Position numbers and translations under genes: made by a program. 64,000 bases of DNA from Nemertoderma westbladi (taxonomy: Eukaryota; Animalia; Xenacoelomorpha): positions 11,240-75,239 of the forward strand of contig JAUCBJ010001563.1 in NCBI GenBank assembly GCA_032718475.1. The letters run 5' to 3'. The notes beneath the pieces are model-generated. The model had not been told where the DNA came from, ran no database searches, and saw nothing but the letters and a program-made list of their open reading frames with translations. Every line of letters begins with the position of its first letter. Position 1 is the first letter of the stretch. This document shows positions 1-11,439 of the stretch, one piece after another.

Positions 1-504
1 GAAACGGCGAGGGAAAGGAGCAGGTTACAGTGGCAAGTTTTTCTAACCAAAACAATAAACGAGAGTGAAAAACAAGTATTTCGGGGTATTTGGGTTTGGC
101 AGTCGGTGATATAGGCGATTTTGGACTTATTCCAATTTTGGAACTTTGTGCGAGGGTAGATTCCGAAATCGGAATACACTCCAAAATTGCACTTTTCTAA
201 ATTAAAAAAAAATATTTTAAAGTCCAGTAAGTATATTTCCATCATAAATTCTATCATTTTTCAATAAATATATGATTTTTGTGCCAAATTCATTATTCAT
301 ACCATGCTTTTGCAGAAATGTATTCATACATTCCAAAATTGGACTTTGTTTGCAGAGATGCTATGGAGGATGACTGCTGTAACACTAGTAACAAGGTACA
401 GGGGTCCGACCATATGGCTATATGGGCATGCAGGCATGACTAGAGCTGTATCCTGTACAGCACAGTTCTACGCTAGAAGCACAGCTGCAGCTAGACCCTA
501 GACC

Positions 505-715
505 AAGCAGCAGCTTGGTCTATTGGTGACATTCCTGGGCTTCCAATTAGGAAGCCCTGTTTCGATCCCTAGGAGGGGCACGCCAGCCTGGGCATGGTGC
601 ACGGGGGCAGTACTGTTTGAGCACAGCTGCACAGTGCTTTAAATGCTTCAGCCTAGACCAACCCTAGCTTTCATCCTTGTGAGTGGTCGATAAATGGGAA
701 CAAAGGCAACTTTCG
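505..715 (+). mobile_element. Degenerate tRNA-derived SINE with a conserved central domain
   Basis: A-box-like tggtctattgg, B-box-like gtttcgatccc, then ctagctttcatccttgtgagtggtcgataaatg, which resembles the Meta/MESC-type SINE core as I recall it. Confidence 0.5.
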
Positions 716-861
716 AAAACATAATGGAAGAGGTTTACTATAGAATATCATCCATGGTGGTGAACAGGCATTCCTTGGCTTAATGAGCCTAAAAAGATTA
801 TCCCATTCAATCAGTCAATATCATGAATTGGGGTGTTAGCTATGATGATGGAAAATAAATA

Positions 862-2011
862 GACCTCTTAATCGTTTCAATATATTGTTTTAGTGTCTCA
901 TGCGCTGCGCGAAGGCCTTTGAACCGTTTCAACAGATTGTTTCAGTATCTCAGATACTGCGTGAACACGAAGGTATCTTAAACATTTCAACAGTTTGTTA
1001 CACAATGTTGGAGTACGCCACGTGCTGCGCGAAGGTCTTTTAAACGTTTCAACAGCTTGTTACACAATCTTACAGTGGCCACGTGCTGCGCGAAGGTCTC
1101 TTAAACATTTGAACAGATTGTTGCACAATGTTACAGTGCGCCACGTGCTGCGCGAAGGTCTCTTAAACATTTGAACAGCTTTGTACACAATGTTGCAGTG
1201 CGCCACGTGCTGCGCGAAGGTCTCTCAAACGTTTCAACAGATTTACAGTAAGCCACGTGCTGCGCGAAGGTCTCTTAAACATTTGAACAGCTTGTTACAC
1301 AATGTTACAGTGCGCCACGTGCTGCGCGAAGGTCTCCCAAACGTTTCAACATATTGTTACACAATGTTACAGTAAGCCACGTGCTGCGCGAAGGTCTCTT
1401 AAACGTTTCAACAGCTTGTTACACAATCTTACAGTGCGCCACGTGCTGCGCGAAGGTCTCTTAAACATTTGAACAGATTGTTACACAATGTTACAGTGCG
1501 CCACGTGCTGCGCGAAGGTCTCTTAAACATTTGAACAGCTTGTTACACAATGTTACAGTGCGCCACGTGCTGCGCGAAGGTCTCTCAAACGTTTCAACAT
1601 ATTGTTACACAATGTTACAGTAAGCCACGTGCTGCGCGAAGGTCTCTTAAACATTTGAACAGCTTGTTACACAATGTTACAGTACGCCACATTCTGAGCG
1701 AAGGTCTCTTAAACTTTTCAACAGATTGTTACAGTTCTCCACATGCTGCGCGAAGGTCTCTTAAACGTTCCAACAGATTGTTACAATGTTACAGCAAGCC
1801 ACGTGCTCCGTGAATGTCTCTTAAACGTTTCAACAGTTTGTTACACAATGTTGGAGGACCCCACGTGCTGCGCGAAGGTCTCTTAAACTTTTCAACAGAT
1901 TGTTACAGTTCTCCACATGCTGCGCGAAGGCCTCAAACGTTTTAACATATTGTTTCAGTATTTCACATACTGCGCGAAGGTCTCTCAAACGTTTCATCAG
2001 ATTGTTACACA
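862..2011. repeat. 62-bp tandem satellite, ~19 units
   Basis: Unit gccacgtgctgcgcgaaggtctcttaaacatttgaacagcttgttacacaatgttacagtgc; period 62 between 1500 and 1562; some units shortened. Confidence 0.95.
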
Positions 2012-2629
2012 CAAGAGCAGGAAGAGCTGCTATATCAAGTACGCGAAAGAACCCTACGCATTAGACTAATCCTATCAGCCTTTGAGGAAACTTCCAAAAG
2101 AAGACAGGACACGTCGCTGCAAGTTGCTGTCAAGACTTGGTTCCAGCGGGTAGGTCTCAAAGTACAAGAAACGGCCCAGTGGAAATCCCAGCTGTCTGAG
2201 CGACCAACCTATGAAGAATCAACCGATGCCACCTTTTCTCAAGTGGAAAGCGAAGTGACCGCAGAGAGACCGCGAACGAGAGACGCCATAGACATCTATC
2301 TGTCAGACTATCAACGTTTCCTAGGTGATGAAGAGTTGAGGAGACGACTGGCTGGACTTCGCCCCAATAGTGAAGGAGCCAAGCTTGTGTTGGACTCAAT
2401 CGATACGGAAATGTTAGCTGCAAACCAAGCTAAATTTGATGAAAAACTCCGCCTCGCTAGAGTCCAAGAAGAACAAGTGAAGAAAAAACGGATAGAGGAA
2501 CGAAAGGCAGCAGCAGTAGCATCGGCAATGGCAGAAGCGGAAGCGGCAAAAGCAGCAGCAGCAAAGGCAGTGGCAGTGGCAGAACTGAGAGCGTCTGAGG
2601 AGACTACCCAACTGGAGTTGGAAAATATT
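2012..2629 (+). pseudogene. Orphan fragment of the BEL/Pao gag N-terminal region (diverged paralog of 36571-37290)
   Basis: Translates QEQEELLYQVRERTLRIRLILSAF...EETTQLELENI, colinear with ORF 35890-37899; no LTR on either side. Confidence 0.9.
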
Positions 2630-3403
2630 AAGTTATAAAGTTATAATAATTATATTCCCGAGGACTGGATATCACTTATTTGTATTATTGATTAGATTTT
2701 AGATACAGTATAAGGAATTAAGGAAATACAGTAGGTAGAACGTACTGTACAGTTATGTATAAATACTGTAGGTATGCAAGTATTTAAATACAAACTACTA
2801 CATGTAGAGTACTGTATGGACACGTCCGTGGGGTCCTTCGCGCAGCGCGAGACTGCATAGGTTTGGTTTAATTTCATCTGTGATAGACTGACTTATTTCG
2901 GTTTTCTCAAAAGTCTGAAACTACCGGTACCAACAGAGAGGCCCTCTGATATTTGCGCAAACTTCAGGATCTCTCTAAACCTTTGACAGACCACATGTTT
3001 ACCCAGTTTGTTTAAATATCAGCAATGATTGATCGAATATACTTTCAAGAACTACAGTACATACAGTAATTATAAAACATACAAATAATAGGCTACTTGC
3101 CGCAGGTAGGATACGAACCTACACGAACTTTTCACTTTTCAAAAAACTTTTCAAAAGATAGACTTCATGATTCTCTACAAGCAACCACAATTAATTTCAG
3201 CACTGGTAAATGAGGCTTTCCCGAGAAATTTTACATTTTCAAAAAAAACACATAATCTGTCGTTACTAACTCACGCATTATATTTCACCAAATTTAACAA
3301 ATTTTTTTAAATTTCCCTCTACTACTGTACTTGCCTACTACAGTAAGTTTGGTTCAATTCGTAACCAGCAATGTCGAGAAATTCGTGTTCAAACATTTTC
3401 CAG

Positions 3404-3586
3404 ACAGACGGACGACATGTCCCATTTATCCTATACCTGGTATATGAACGGTATGTCAAGGCTCGCCGACTACGTGTCTCGCCCTACACACAGCATAAGT
3501 GTCGACCATTGGCATACCGGTCGGTGAGCATTGACATACCGGTCATATACCAGGTATGGGATAAATGGGGCATGTCGTCCGTCTGT
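3404..3586. mobile_element. MITE / foldback element, superfamily unassigned
   Basis: ~65-bp imperfect TIRs acagacggacgacatgtcccatttatcc... / ...ggataaatggggcatgtcgtccgtctgt; flanked by cag/cag. Confidence 0.8.
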
Positions 3587-3599
3587 CAGTACTGGACAG

Positions 3600-3840
3600 G
3601 GTAACAACAAAGGGTAGACAACATATGGTAGGGGAGACTCAGTGGCAGCCCATAGTTGGTGGTGAGATATAGTCTAGACAGTTAGCTACCACTTTCAAGG
3701 ATGCAAGGCAGAGATGAGCCCTGGCGGGTCCCTTTAAAGCATTCGTGCCGAAACGAAAATTGCCCTGGCCCATGTGAGGATCGAACCCACGACCTACGGG
3801 AGATGTGAATTCAATGCAACCACTACATCAAGGTGGAACC
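3600..3840 (-). mobile_element. tRNA-derived SINE
   Basis: Minus strand ggttccaccttgatgtagtgg (A box) ... gggttcgatcc (B box); head shared with 28440-28518; gccttgcatcctt core. Confidence 0.65.
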
Positions 3841-6175
3841 CCTTTGGGGATCGGCTAGTGCCTAGAGACTCCGAAATTGGGGATCGGCTAGTGGCTAGAG
3901 ACTCCGAAGTAATGACATAGGCCTACCGGTACGGTACTGCTGTACTGTACAAGTACGAAATTGCAGAATAATAATTTGACACCACCTAGCGGATTAATAT
4001 ATACAGTACAAGCCACCAGAAAAAGCAGATTTCATCCAATGTGATCACATGTGAACACATTTGTTCAAGTCATCTGATTGGCGAGTTATCTAGCTAACTT
4101 GCTGGGACCAACAAAGGCTTAGTGTGCGGTGCGCCTGTATGTCTGATATCAGGTAGATGAGAGAGCCCACAGGACGTAACATTGCGGACATGGGCTGTAT
4201 TGGTAGAGAGAGAACTACCCTAGTAGCACAAATCGTTCATGAACGATAAATAACGTTGAAAATCAGGACAGTAGTATGAACGTCCAGAACAATGTACTGA
4301 TTTGCAACGTACATAATTCGTTATCATCATTGAACGTGTCAGGTATGTCGATTTAGGAAAAAACCTAACGTTGAAGTATGGTGTATGTATGATGACGGTT
4401 TATATGCCGTTTAGAACAACTAACGTTTAAAAATCGTATCTATACATGAACCATTCATAATTTGTTCAAAAGCTGACCATAAATGGATACACTTAATTAT
4501 TAAAAAGTACACTATTAATGAACTAATCTCAAACAGTTTAAATACCGTTCAAATAATATATATCCATAGAAACGGTTCATTTGCAATGCATTTAAGGTTC
4601 AAAAATTGTCAGGATTATATATCCATAGAAACGGTTCATTTGCAATGCATTTAAGGTTCAAAAATTGTCAGAATTATGTGAACAAGTTTCTCACGCCATA
4701 TAAGACAGGCGGAATAGTTCTTGCCCAATGTATTTTACTTACAGCCTTATAGAGTGTGGTAGTAAACTATTGTAGGCCTATATAATATACATACATAGTA
4801 ACAGCAAACTGCCTACTAAGGCAGTCAGGTTATACTGTAGGCCAACTGTATGTAGGCCCTACCGGTAATGTGTGTACCAGTACCAATGTACCAAAACTGT
4901 GCTGATACAGTAGATGCGAGTAGCTGGTTATTCAGTTCATTAAGCTTTGAAATTTTGACATGTTTGCGGAAAATCGAAAATGGATGATATAGAATGTCTA
5001 AAGAGCGGTTTAGGGACATGCTTTCTCTTTCTCTTTTGACGAACTTTCACTTTCAGAAAAGGGTCTGAGCGCACCCTCTACTACTGGGATTGGCATGCTG
5101 CATTTTAGTTATTACTGTTTAGATTAGTCTGGCAAGTTAGTCTGGCACTTTCCATACTTTCTTAGTTCAATTTTATCAAGGATAGCATTCAGAATGTAAA
5201 TCTTGTTGTAAATCTTGTATCTTATTCTGCAAGCAATTTATATTTCTAAAATATTTTACGCCTATTATCTGCAGTATGACAGTATATTCAGTATTCAGTT
5301 TATAATTATTTTTTCGTTAAATTTAACCCACATACTTACCTTGTGCGGTGCTAAAATAACTCTCTTAAAACATTTTTTTTACTTTTTGATTTCCGGGATT
5401 TTGATGGGAAATTTCATTTCACGTTCTTTTCTAGGTTAAAAATATTAAAACTTAAAGTACGACGAGAAGAATAAGATAACAACTATTCGATTTAAATAAA
5501 GTACAGTACAGTGTAGCAACATCACACTTTGGCTTTTAGTACATTCTGTACGTACACCAAGACTTTATTGTACCGGTATTCAACCTGTAGGGCCTACTTT
5601 CATTAATTCATTTATTTCTATTTGATGTTTTCCTTGCTTCGCATGACACGGCCTATATAAACAAAGCGATCTTTATCCTATAAAGTGATACTTAATTCAG
5701 CGTCATATAGGCCTAAATACATAATTAATATTTTGAACAATAACTTTCCTCAAACATGTTACTTAATTTCGAAACTTAACATAATAGTGTATACCTACGT
5801 ATTATATTTGCACCCATGTGAAGAATACCAGGATTTCACTTTTCGGTCGACTTTTTATTGGTATTTTATATATGAAGATTTTTTTTTTATTATTTATCTT
5901 TATTAAGTGTTTTATAGCTTAATGTTTATTTCTGTCTTAATTCCAGTACATAATATACTAATTCGTTTATTGTTTTGGTTAGATACTGCCCTTCTGTAAC
6001 CTGTTTTTTTGGTGAAAATCTGGTATATTCTTCATATGAGGGTATCTGCAAAGTGAAATATAACGGCAGAAAGTCTGGTATTCTTCACATGGGGGTAACT
6101 GCAAAGTGAAATATAACGGCAGAAAGTCTGGTATTCTTACATTACATGGGCCTATATTAGTATATTTGTAAAACA

Positions 6176-8536
6176 ATGTCCTCTTCTTCGAAGCATACCA
6201 AATATGTATGTAACAGTACGGTGAGAAATAGAGCATGGCGATCATCGCGATCAATCATTGCTAATTTGTCGAATTTGGATGATTCTGAATTATTTTTAGA
6301 AACAAGTAATGAGAACAATATTACTGTTCTTGGTAGTGAAACAACCACTACGACTCTACAATCCTTTACAACCGCTACTGCCAGTGCTGTTACTTCTCCC
6401 ATCATCCCAACTATTTCTGTATACTCTCCTTGTAATACCATCAGTATTCCAGTGTCAACAAATACAATTATTACAAGTTCTACTGATATAGCTCAATGTC
6501 AAAATTTGCCCAATGTTCAGAGAGATGCCTTTCAAGGTGATGCAAATATTCCAGGTAATTTGTTTGTGCCAGACTCTTGCAGTGTCATTGAAAGCAGTTC
6601 TGATGAGTCCTTGCAGTGTTCAGATTCTAGTGTGAGCAGTTACAACAGTAGTAGTCCCACACCGGACCATTCTCACAATTTACAACTTTCTATGGAAGCA
6701 GAGTCTGATGATGAACGCTTATCGCTGAGAACTAAGCTAGCATTGTGGGCATTGTCTGGAAATATAACTCACCAACATGTCACACATCTGTTACGAATTC
6801 TTAATAAAGAATTGCCGCATGGAAATTTACCAACTGATGCTAGGACATTACTAAAAACGCCGCGCAATAAACCGTCACTTAAAAATATAGGCACTGGTTG
6901 GTACACGTATTTTGGGGTTGAGGCCCATCTTGTCAACTTTTGTAATCAAGAACATGTATTTCGTAGGTTAGGTGGATCTGCACAATCTGATAATCAAATT
7001 AAAGTTGTTATTTGGCTTTGTATCAATATAGATGGGTTGCCTCTCTTCACCAGTTCAAGTACAGAATTTTGGCCTATTTTAGGTGACTTCCACTACAAAG
7101 CAACACCTAATGGTGTTCAGTCTTACCCAGCAGTGTTTGGTTTGTACTGTGGTCCATGCAAACCTAATGATGTGAATATGTTTCTCGAAGACCTTGTAAA
7201 TGAGCTGCAGCTGTTACTAACTCAGCAAATTGTAGTTGGGAAATTTTCAATCTCACTTAAACTTCAGAATTTTGTTTGCGATTATCCGGCCAAAACCTAT
7301 ATTCTGCGAATAAAGTCACATTCTGGGTACTATGGTTGTGACAAATGTTGTTGTAAAGGTACATATGTAGGGGGTGGTGTTAAATTTGTTAAAGTTAATG
7401 CAGACCAACGAACGGACCAATCTTTTAGAGTAAAAGCTGATGGGCAGCATCATGTTGGATATTCAATTTTGGAAAAGCTGCCTATCAAAATGGTTGAACA
7501 GTTTCCCATTGATGTTATGCATCAGGTATATTTAGGAGTTATGCGAAAGTTATTGAGGGGTTGGGTTAGAGGGAAGTCATTCATTAAATGTCACTCTGAT
7601 GAAATCGCTCAAATGTCACACCATTTACAATCGATAGTTATGCCACGAGAATTTGCCAGAAAACCTCGCTCCTTGGTATTTATTGATAGATGGAAAGCGA
7701 CTGAATTTCGACAATTCTTACTGTATACTGGGCCCGTTGTGGTTAAAGGGATACTTCCAGAAGAACAATATAAACATTTCCTTTGTCTGCATGTTGCAAT
7801 TCGCTTGTTAAGCACATGCTTTGATATTGATGTTGTAGATTATGCTGACAAACTTCTGCGTAAATTTGTTACATTAGTTCCACAAATTTATTCACCAGTA
7901 TTTCTTTCATACAATATGCACTCGCTGATTCATCTTGCAGGTGATGTAAAATTACATGGCACATTGTCCAATATATCAGCGTTTCGGTTCGAATCTTTTT
8001 TATATCAAATAAAGCGAACTGTACGATCCTATGCTAAACCATTACCTCAGCTCTGTCGCAGAATTCAAGAACTTTCGTATTATAATATGACTGTTGGTGG
8101 ACGCCCAGTTGCTCTCGATGTCGATACAAACTTTGTGTGCAGTAAGACTACTGTAAGGTTGCCAGTTGAATACGAACTGGATTTCAATGGTTATTCTGCT
8201 GTTGAATCATACAAATTTATTATTACAACAAAGTTTCCAGACAATATTGTGTTCTGTAGTGAAACAAAATCATTCTATAAAGTTATTTTTATTTTACAAC
8301 ATAAGCTCACATTAGCAATCCAATGTGTAATGGTCGGATTTGGGGCTTTGTTCCCACTCTTCGAATTTCCAACCAGTTCTGTAAATCTTGGAATTTATAA
8401 AACTGAAAATAAAACATCTGAACATCATGTTATTCTACACCCAAACCGGTTAACCAAAGTTTGCTGCCTGGAACTCCCAGAAACCAGTAGGTCTACTCCT
8501 GATCTTGCCTTTTTCCCACTATTGCACGACCATTAA
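6176..8536 (+). CDS. EnSpm/CACTA-family DDE transposase, 786 aa, intact
   Basis: Motifs NIDGLPLF..S...FWPILG, CDYPAK...H.GYYGCDKC, DVMHQVYLGV, WKATEFRQFLLY, YNMHSLIHL, SAFRFES. Confidence 0.9.
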   Translation: MSSSSKHTKYVCNSTVRNRAWRSSRSIIANLSNLDDSELFLETSNENNITVLGSETTTTTLQSFTTATASAVTSPIIPTISVYSPCNTISIPVSTNTIITSSTDIAQCQNLPNVQRDAFQGDANIPGNLFVPDSCSVIESSSDESLQCSDSSVSSYNSSSPTPDHSHNLQLSMEAESDDERLSLRTKLALWALSGNITHQHVTHLLRILNKELPHGNLPTDARTLLKTPRNKPSLKNIGTGWYTYFGVEAHLVNFCNQEHVFRRLGGSAQSDNQIKVVIWLCINIDGLPLFTSSSTEFWPILGDFHYKATPNGVQSYPAVFGLYCGPCKPNDVNMFLEDLVNELQLLLTQQIVVGKFSISLKLQNFVCDYPAKTYILRIKSHSGYYGCDKCCCKGTYVGGGVKFVKVNADQRTDQSFRVKADGQHHVGYSILEKLPIKMVEQFPIDVMHQVYLGVMRKLLRGWVRGKSFIKCHSDEIAQMSHHLQSIVMPREFARKPRSLVFIDRWKATEFRQFLLYTGPVVVKGILPEEQYKHFLCLHVAIRLLSTCFDIDVVDYADKLLRKFVTLVPQIYSPVFLSYNMHSLIHLAGDVKLHGTLSNISAFRFESFLYQIKRTVRSYAKPLPQLCRRIQELSYYNMTVGGRPVALDVDTNFVCSKTTVRLPVEYELDFNGYSAVESYKFIITTKFPDNIVFCSETKSFYKVIFILQHKLTLAIQCVMVGFGALFPLFEFPTSSVNLGIYKTENKTSEHHVILHPNRLTKVCCLELPETSRSTPDLAFFPLLHDH

Positions 8537-8550
8537 ACTGTGATATTTAT

Positions 8551-11439
8551 ATGCTGTGTATGATGAAGAACTTTGTTATAGTACATTTCCTCGAAAACGA
8601 TAGTGTGGATTGGGCACCATCAATGTGGTTGGGCTTGGGAACAAGCGTGGAGCCACCCAAATCGTCACTTAGTTATATATTCTGGCCCCCAAAGAACGCC
8701 GGTGGAATAACAAGAAGACGAGGTGAAGGCGACGTTACAAAGTGGCCAAAATATAAAATAAGGATCCTCCAATATACCAGTTAGTTTCGTTCGTCATTGC
8801 ATTACAAAATATGAAATTGTATTATTATTACTGTAGTACTGTACTATACTATATTAATTAATATATCACGACTATTAATTTTCCAGAAATTGTGACACAC
8901 ACTATACTACTTATGTGTATATATACTAGCAGAATTGCCGTCCAAAATGTCTTCATAGCAAAACAACATTGTACTGAGTGTTGCGCGAGTGTCAAATTTA
9001 TTAAAAATGAATGTATTATACTGTATGTTGAAAAGAGTCTATTGTGTCATGTATTTTCTCCATTTATTTTCTCCATGTATTTTCTTCTTAATACCCCTAG
9101 ATCCCTTCCTATAATAAACGTATTTTCTCAAATTATATTACATCATAGTGCATGACGATCACGATCATGTCATGTTGTTTTTGACTCATGTACATTATTT
9201 GTATTATTATCTTCCAGATTCCAATGAACGGGCTGTGATCTTAGCCGCCAAGGCTGAGAATGATGGATTAATAACCGAACAATCCACATGCGGCGAAGAT
9301 GAAGAATCGCAGATTGTTTGCGAACCTCTCAGGAAACGACCCAAGATTAATTATAACATCCTAAACAGTGATGGGTACATTAATGACGGTGATGAATCAT
9401 CATCAGATCAGGTAAGTGTTTAGTTTAGAAACAACTTAACAACTTAATGTTTGCAACAGGATTGTTCTAGAAAGTTTAAATAATATGCATAGTTACAATA
9501 ATTAATAATTCCCCCAAATAATTCAACTTTCTTTTAAAAATTCACTTTTTTATCCGCAATTGCGGACATAATAATTATTTATTACATGGGAAAAAAAGTA
9601 AAAATTTTTTTTTCATTATTCTCGAGGCATTTTATTTAGCGAGCGTCAACGAGGTTAATAAAGGGTCGAGAGCATTTTGAAAGAAAGTGGTCTACGTGTT
9701 TTTTCCCATGTAATACGTAATTTTATTCTTAAATTGGTACTTTTTTGTTGCTTAATTGTTTAATAAAACGTAAAGCGATATAGTGTTACAAAATGTATTG
9801 AACTGTAGTTTTTTACTATATTGCTTCCATAGTTACTGCAATTTAATTTACTGTACCCTTCAACTCCTGATGCTGCCTTACTCAATGTTAAATAATTTAG
9901 TGTTCTAGAATATTTATTATGTAACTAGAGAGCCGATTAACAACATAAACAAATATTGGATATTGAGTCCGTTTTGGAGTTCGCCGCGCAGACACTAAAG
10001 TTCCAATAATTTTTGAGTGTGGATTTTGCTCAAATTACTTGCTAACCTTTTCTACGTCAATGCTCATTGAACACATTTAATAAAATTTACGAAATTCCAC
10101 CAAAAATATTTTGTTTTACTTTTTTCGCCGGGAAAAAAAGTAAAATCAATGCAATCCTATGGGTCACTTTTTATCCCTAGGCGAAAAAAGTGCAACTTTT
10201 TCTCCCGATATTGGTCTAATAAAACAAAAAAGTTATCTTAAATCTGTTCTATTGCGTTTAGTTTATTGTTTTGGTTAAAATAACTTGCCACTGTAACCTG
10301 CTCATTTCCCTAAATTGAGAATTTAACATTGAGGAGGGAAATTAATTCGCCAAGGCGGGTTTTGCATCCAATCCCCCCCCCCCCCCCATGTCTCGTTTTT
10401 CCACACATGTTAGTTCATTAAATGCTAATTTTGTGCATTTTAGGACGATGCATCTCAGTATAATACGTGTAGCAGAGGAATAGATAGCAAATTAAGGAAA
10501 GATTTCGATTGTAGAATTATATTTGGAGAAATTCCTCTGTTTCCATCACCAGACCAAGTGCCATCTGGGTCTGGTGATATAAGTGCAGCAGGTGTCACGA
10601 TTGGAGAAGCTACTGGGTCTGGTGATGTAAGTGCAGCGGGTGCCACGATTGGAGAAGGTACTGGGTCTGGTGATGTAAGTGCAGCGGGAGCCACGATTGG
10701 AGAAGGTACTGGGTCTGGTGATGTAAGTGCAGCGGGAGCCACGATTGGAGAAGGTACTGGGTCTGGTGATGTAAGTGCAGCGGGAGCCACGATTGGAGAA
10801 GGTACTGGGTCTGGTGATGTAAGTGCAGCGGGAGCCACGATCCCAGAGCCACCTAATGAGGACGAGCAGAATAGAAACGTAGTGCTAGCTACTATTGGAC
10901 AAGATGCATGGAATTTAATTATGTCTACCGCGGTAGACAATGCCGACATCCAGACACCTTATCCTGCTTCAACGTCATCCCAGGCATTGATCGATGAAGT
11001 ATCCGTGTCCGGACTCACAACAAAGTGTGGCGGAACCACATCAAAAGTAGAAAAGCCAAGCGCAGTGGCGCAAATATTATCAAATCAGGAGTATATTAAA
11101 GAGAATCTTAGAGCCTTAACCCGGCTGATGAAGGCAGTTTTATGCCAATTGAAGACGGCTATTCCTATTAACGATGAGGAACTGCAGGATGCTTCCCCAT
11201 GCACGTATCTACCTTTATCATCATTAGATCAATTTCATGCTCTAGAAGCCAAGCTATGCGATCTCTCCTTCTTCAACCGAATGGTTCACGAAATCCAGTG
11301 CGTTGGTGGCCCCGACTCCATGGCCACAGTCCGTGCCGCAATGCGCCATTGCATTACCAATGATCTTGGGGCGCACTTTAATTGGATAGGATCAAATGGA
11401 AAGAAGGCATTTAGAGATACGAAGGTAATTAATATATAG
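8551..11439 (+). CDS. CACTA ORF2 (DUF4806-like), spliced: exons 8551-8779, 9218-9411, 10444-11424 (or to stop 11439)
   Basis: GT-AG introns that preserve the frame (phase 1, then phase 0); N-terminus FVIVHF...VDWAPSMW...WPP; C-terminus LPLSSLDQF..LE...GG....VR..MR..ITNDL...FNWIG..GKKAF; final exon not found. Confidence 0.8.
10566..10840 (+). repeat. 48-bp coding minisatellite, ~6 x GSGDVSAAGATIGEGT
   Basis: Near-identical in-frame tandem units within ORF2 exon 3. Confidence 0.95.

Noticed and set aside
1181-2012. Short ORFs in the 62-bp array (also 12621-12821 in the 34-bp array)
   Set aside because: Translations of tandem repeats with no coding evidence.
10566-10840. Proteoglycan-like Ser-Gly (GSGD) repeat gene
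   Set aside because: No signal peptide, and the exon splices into transposon ORF2.
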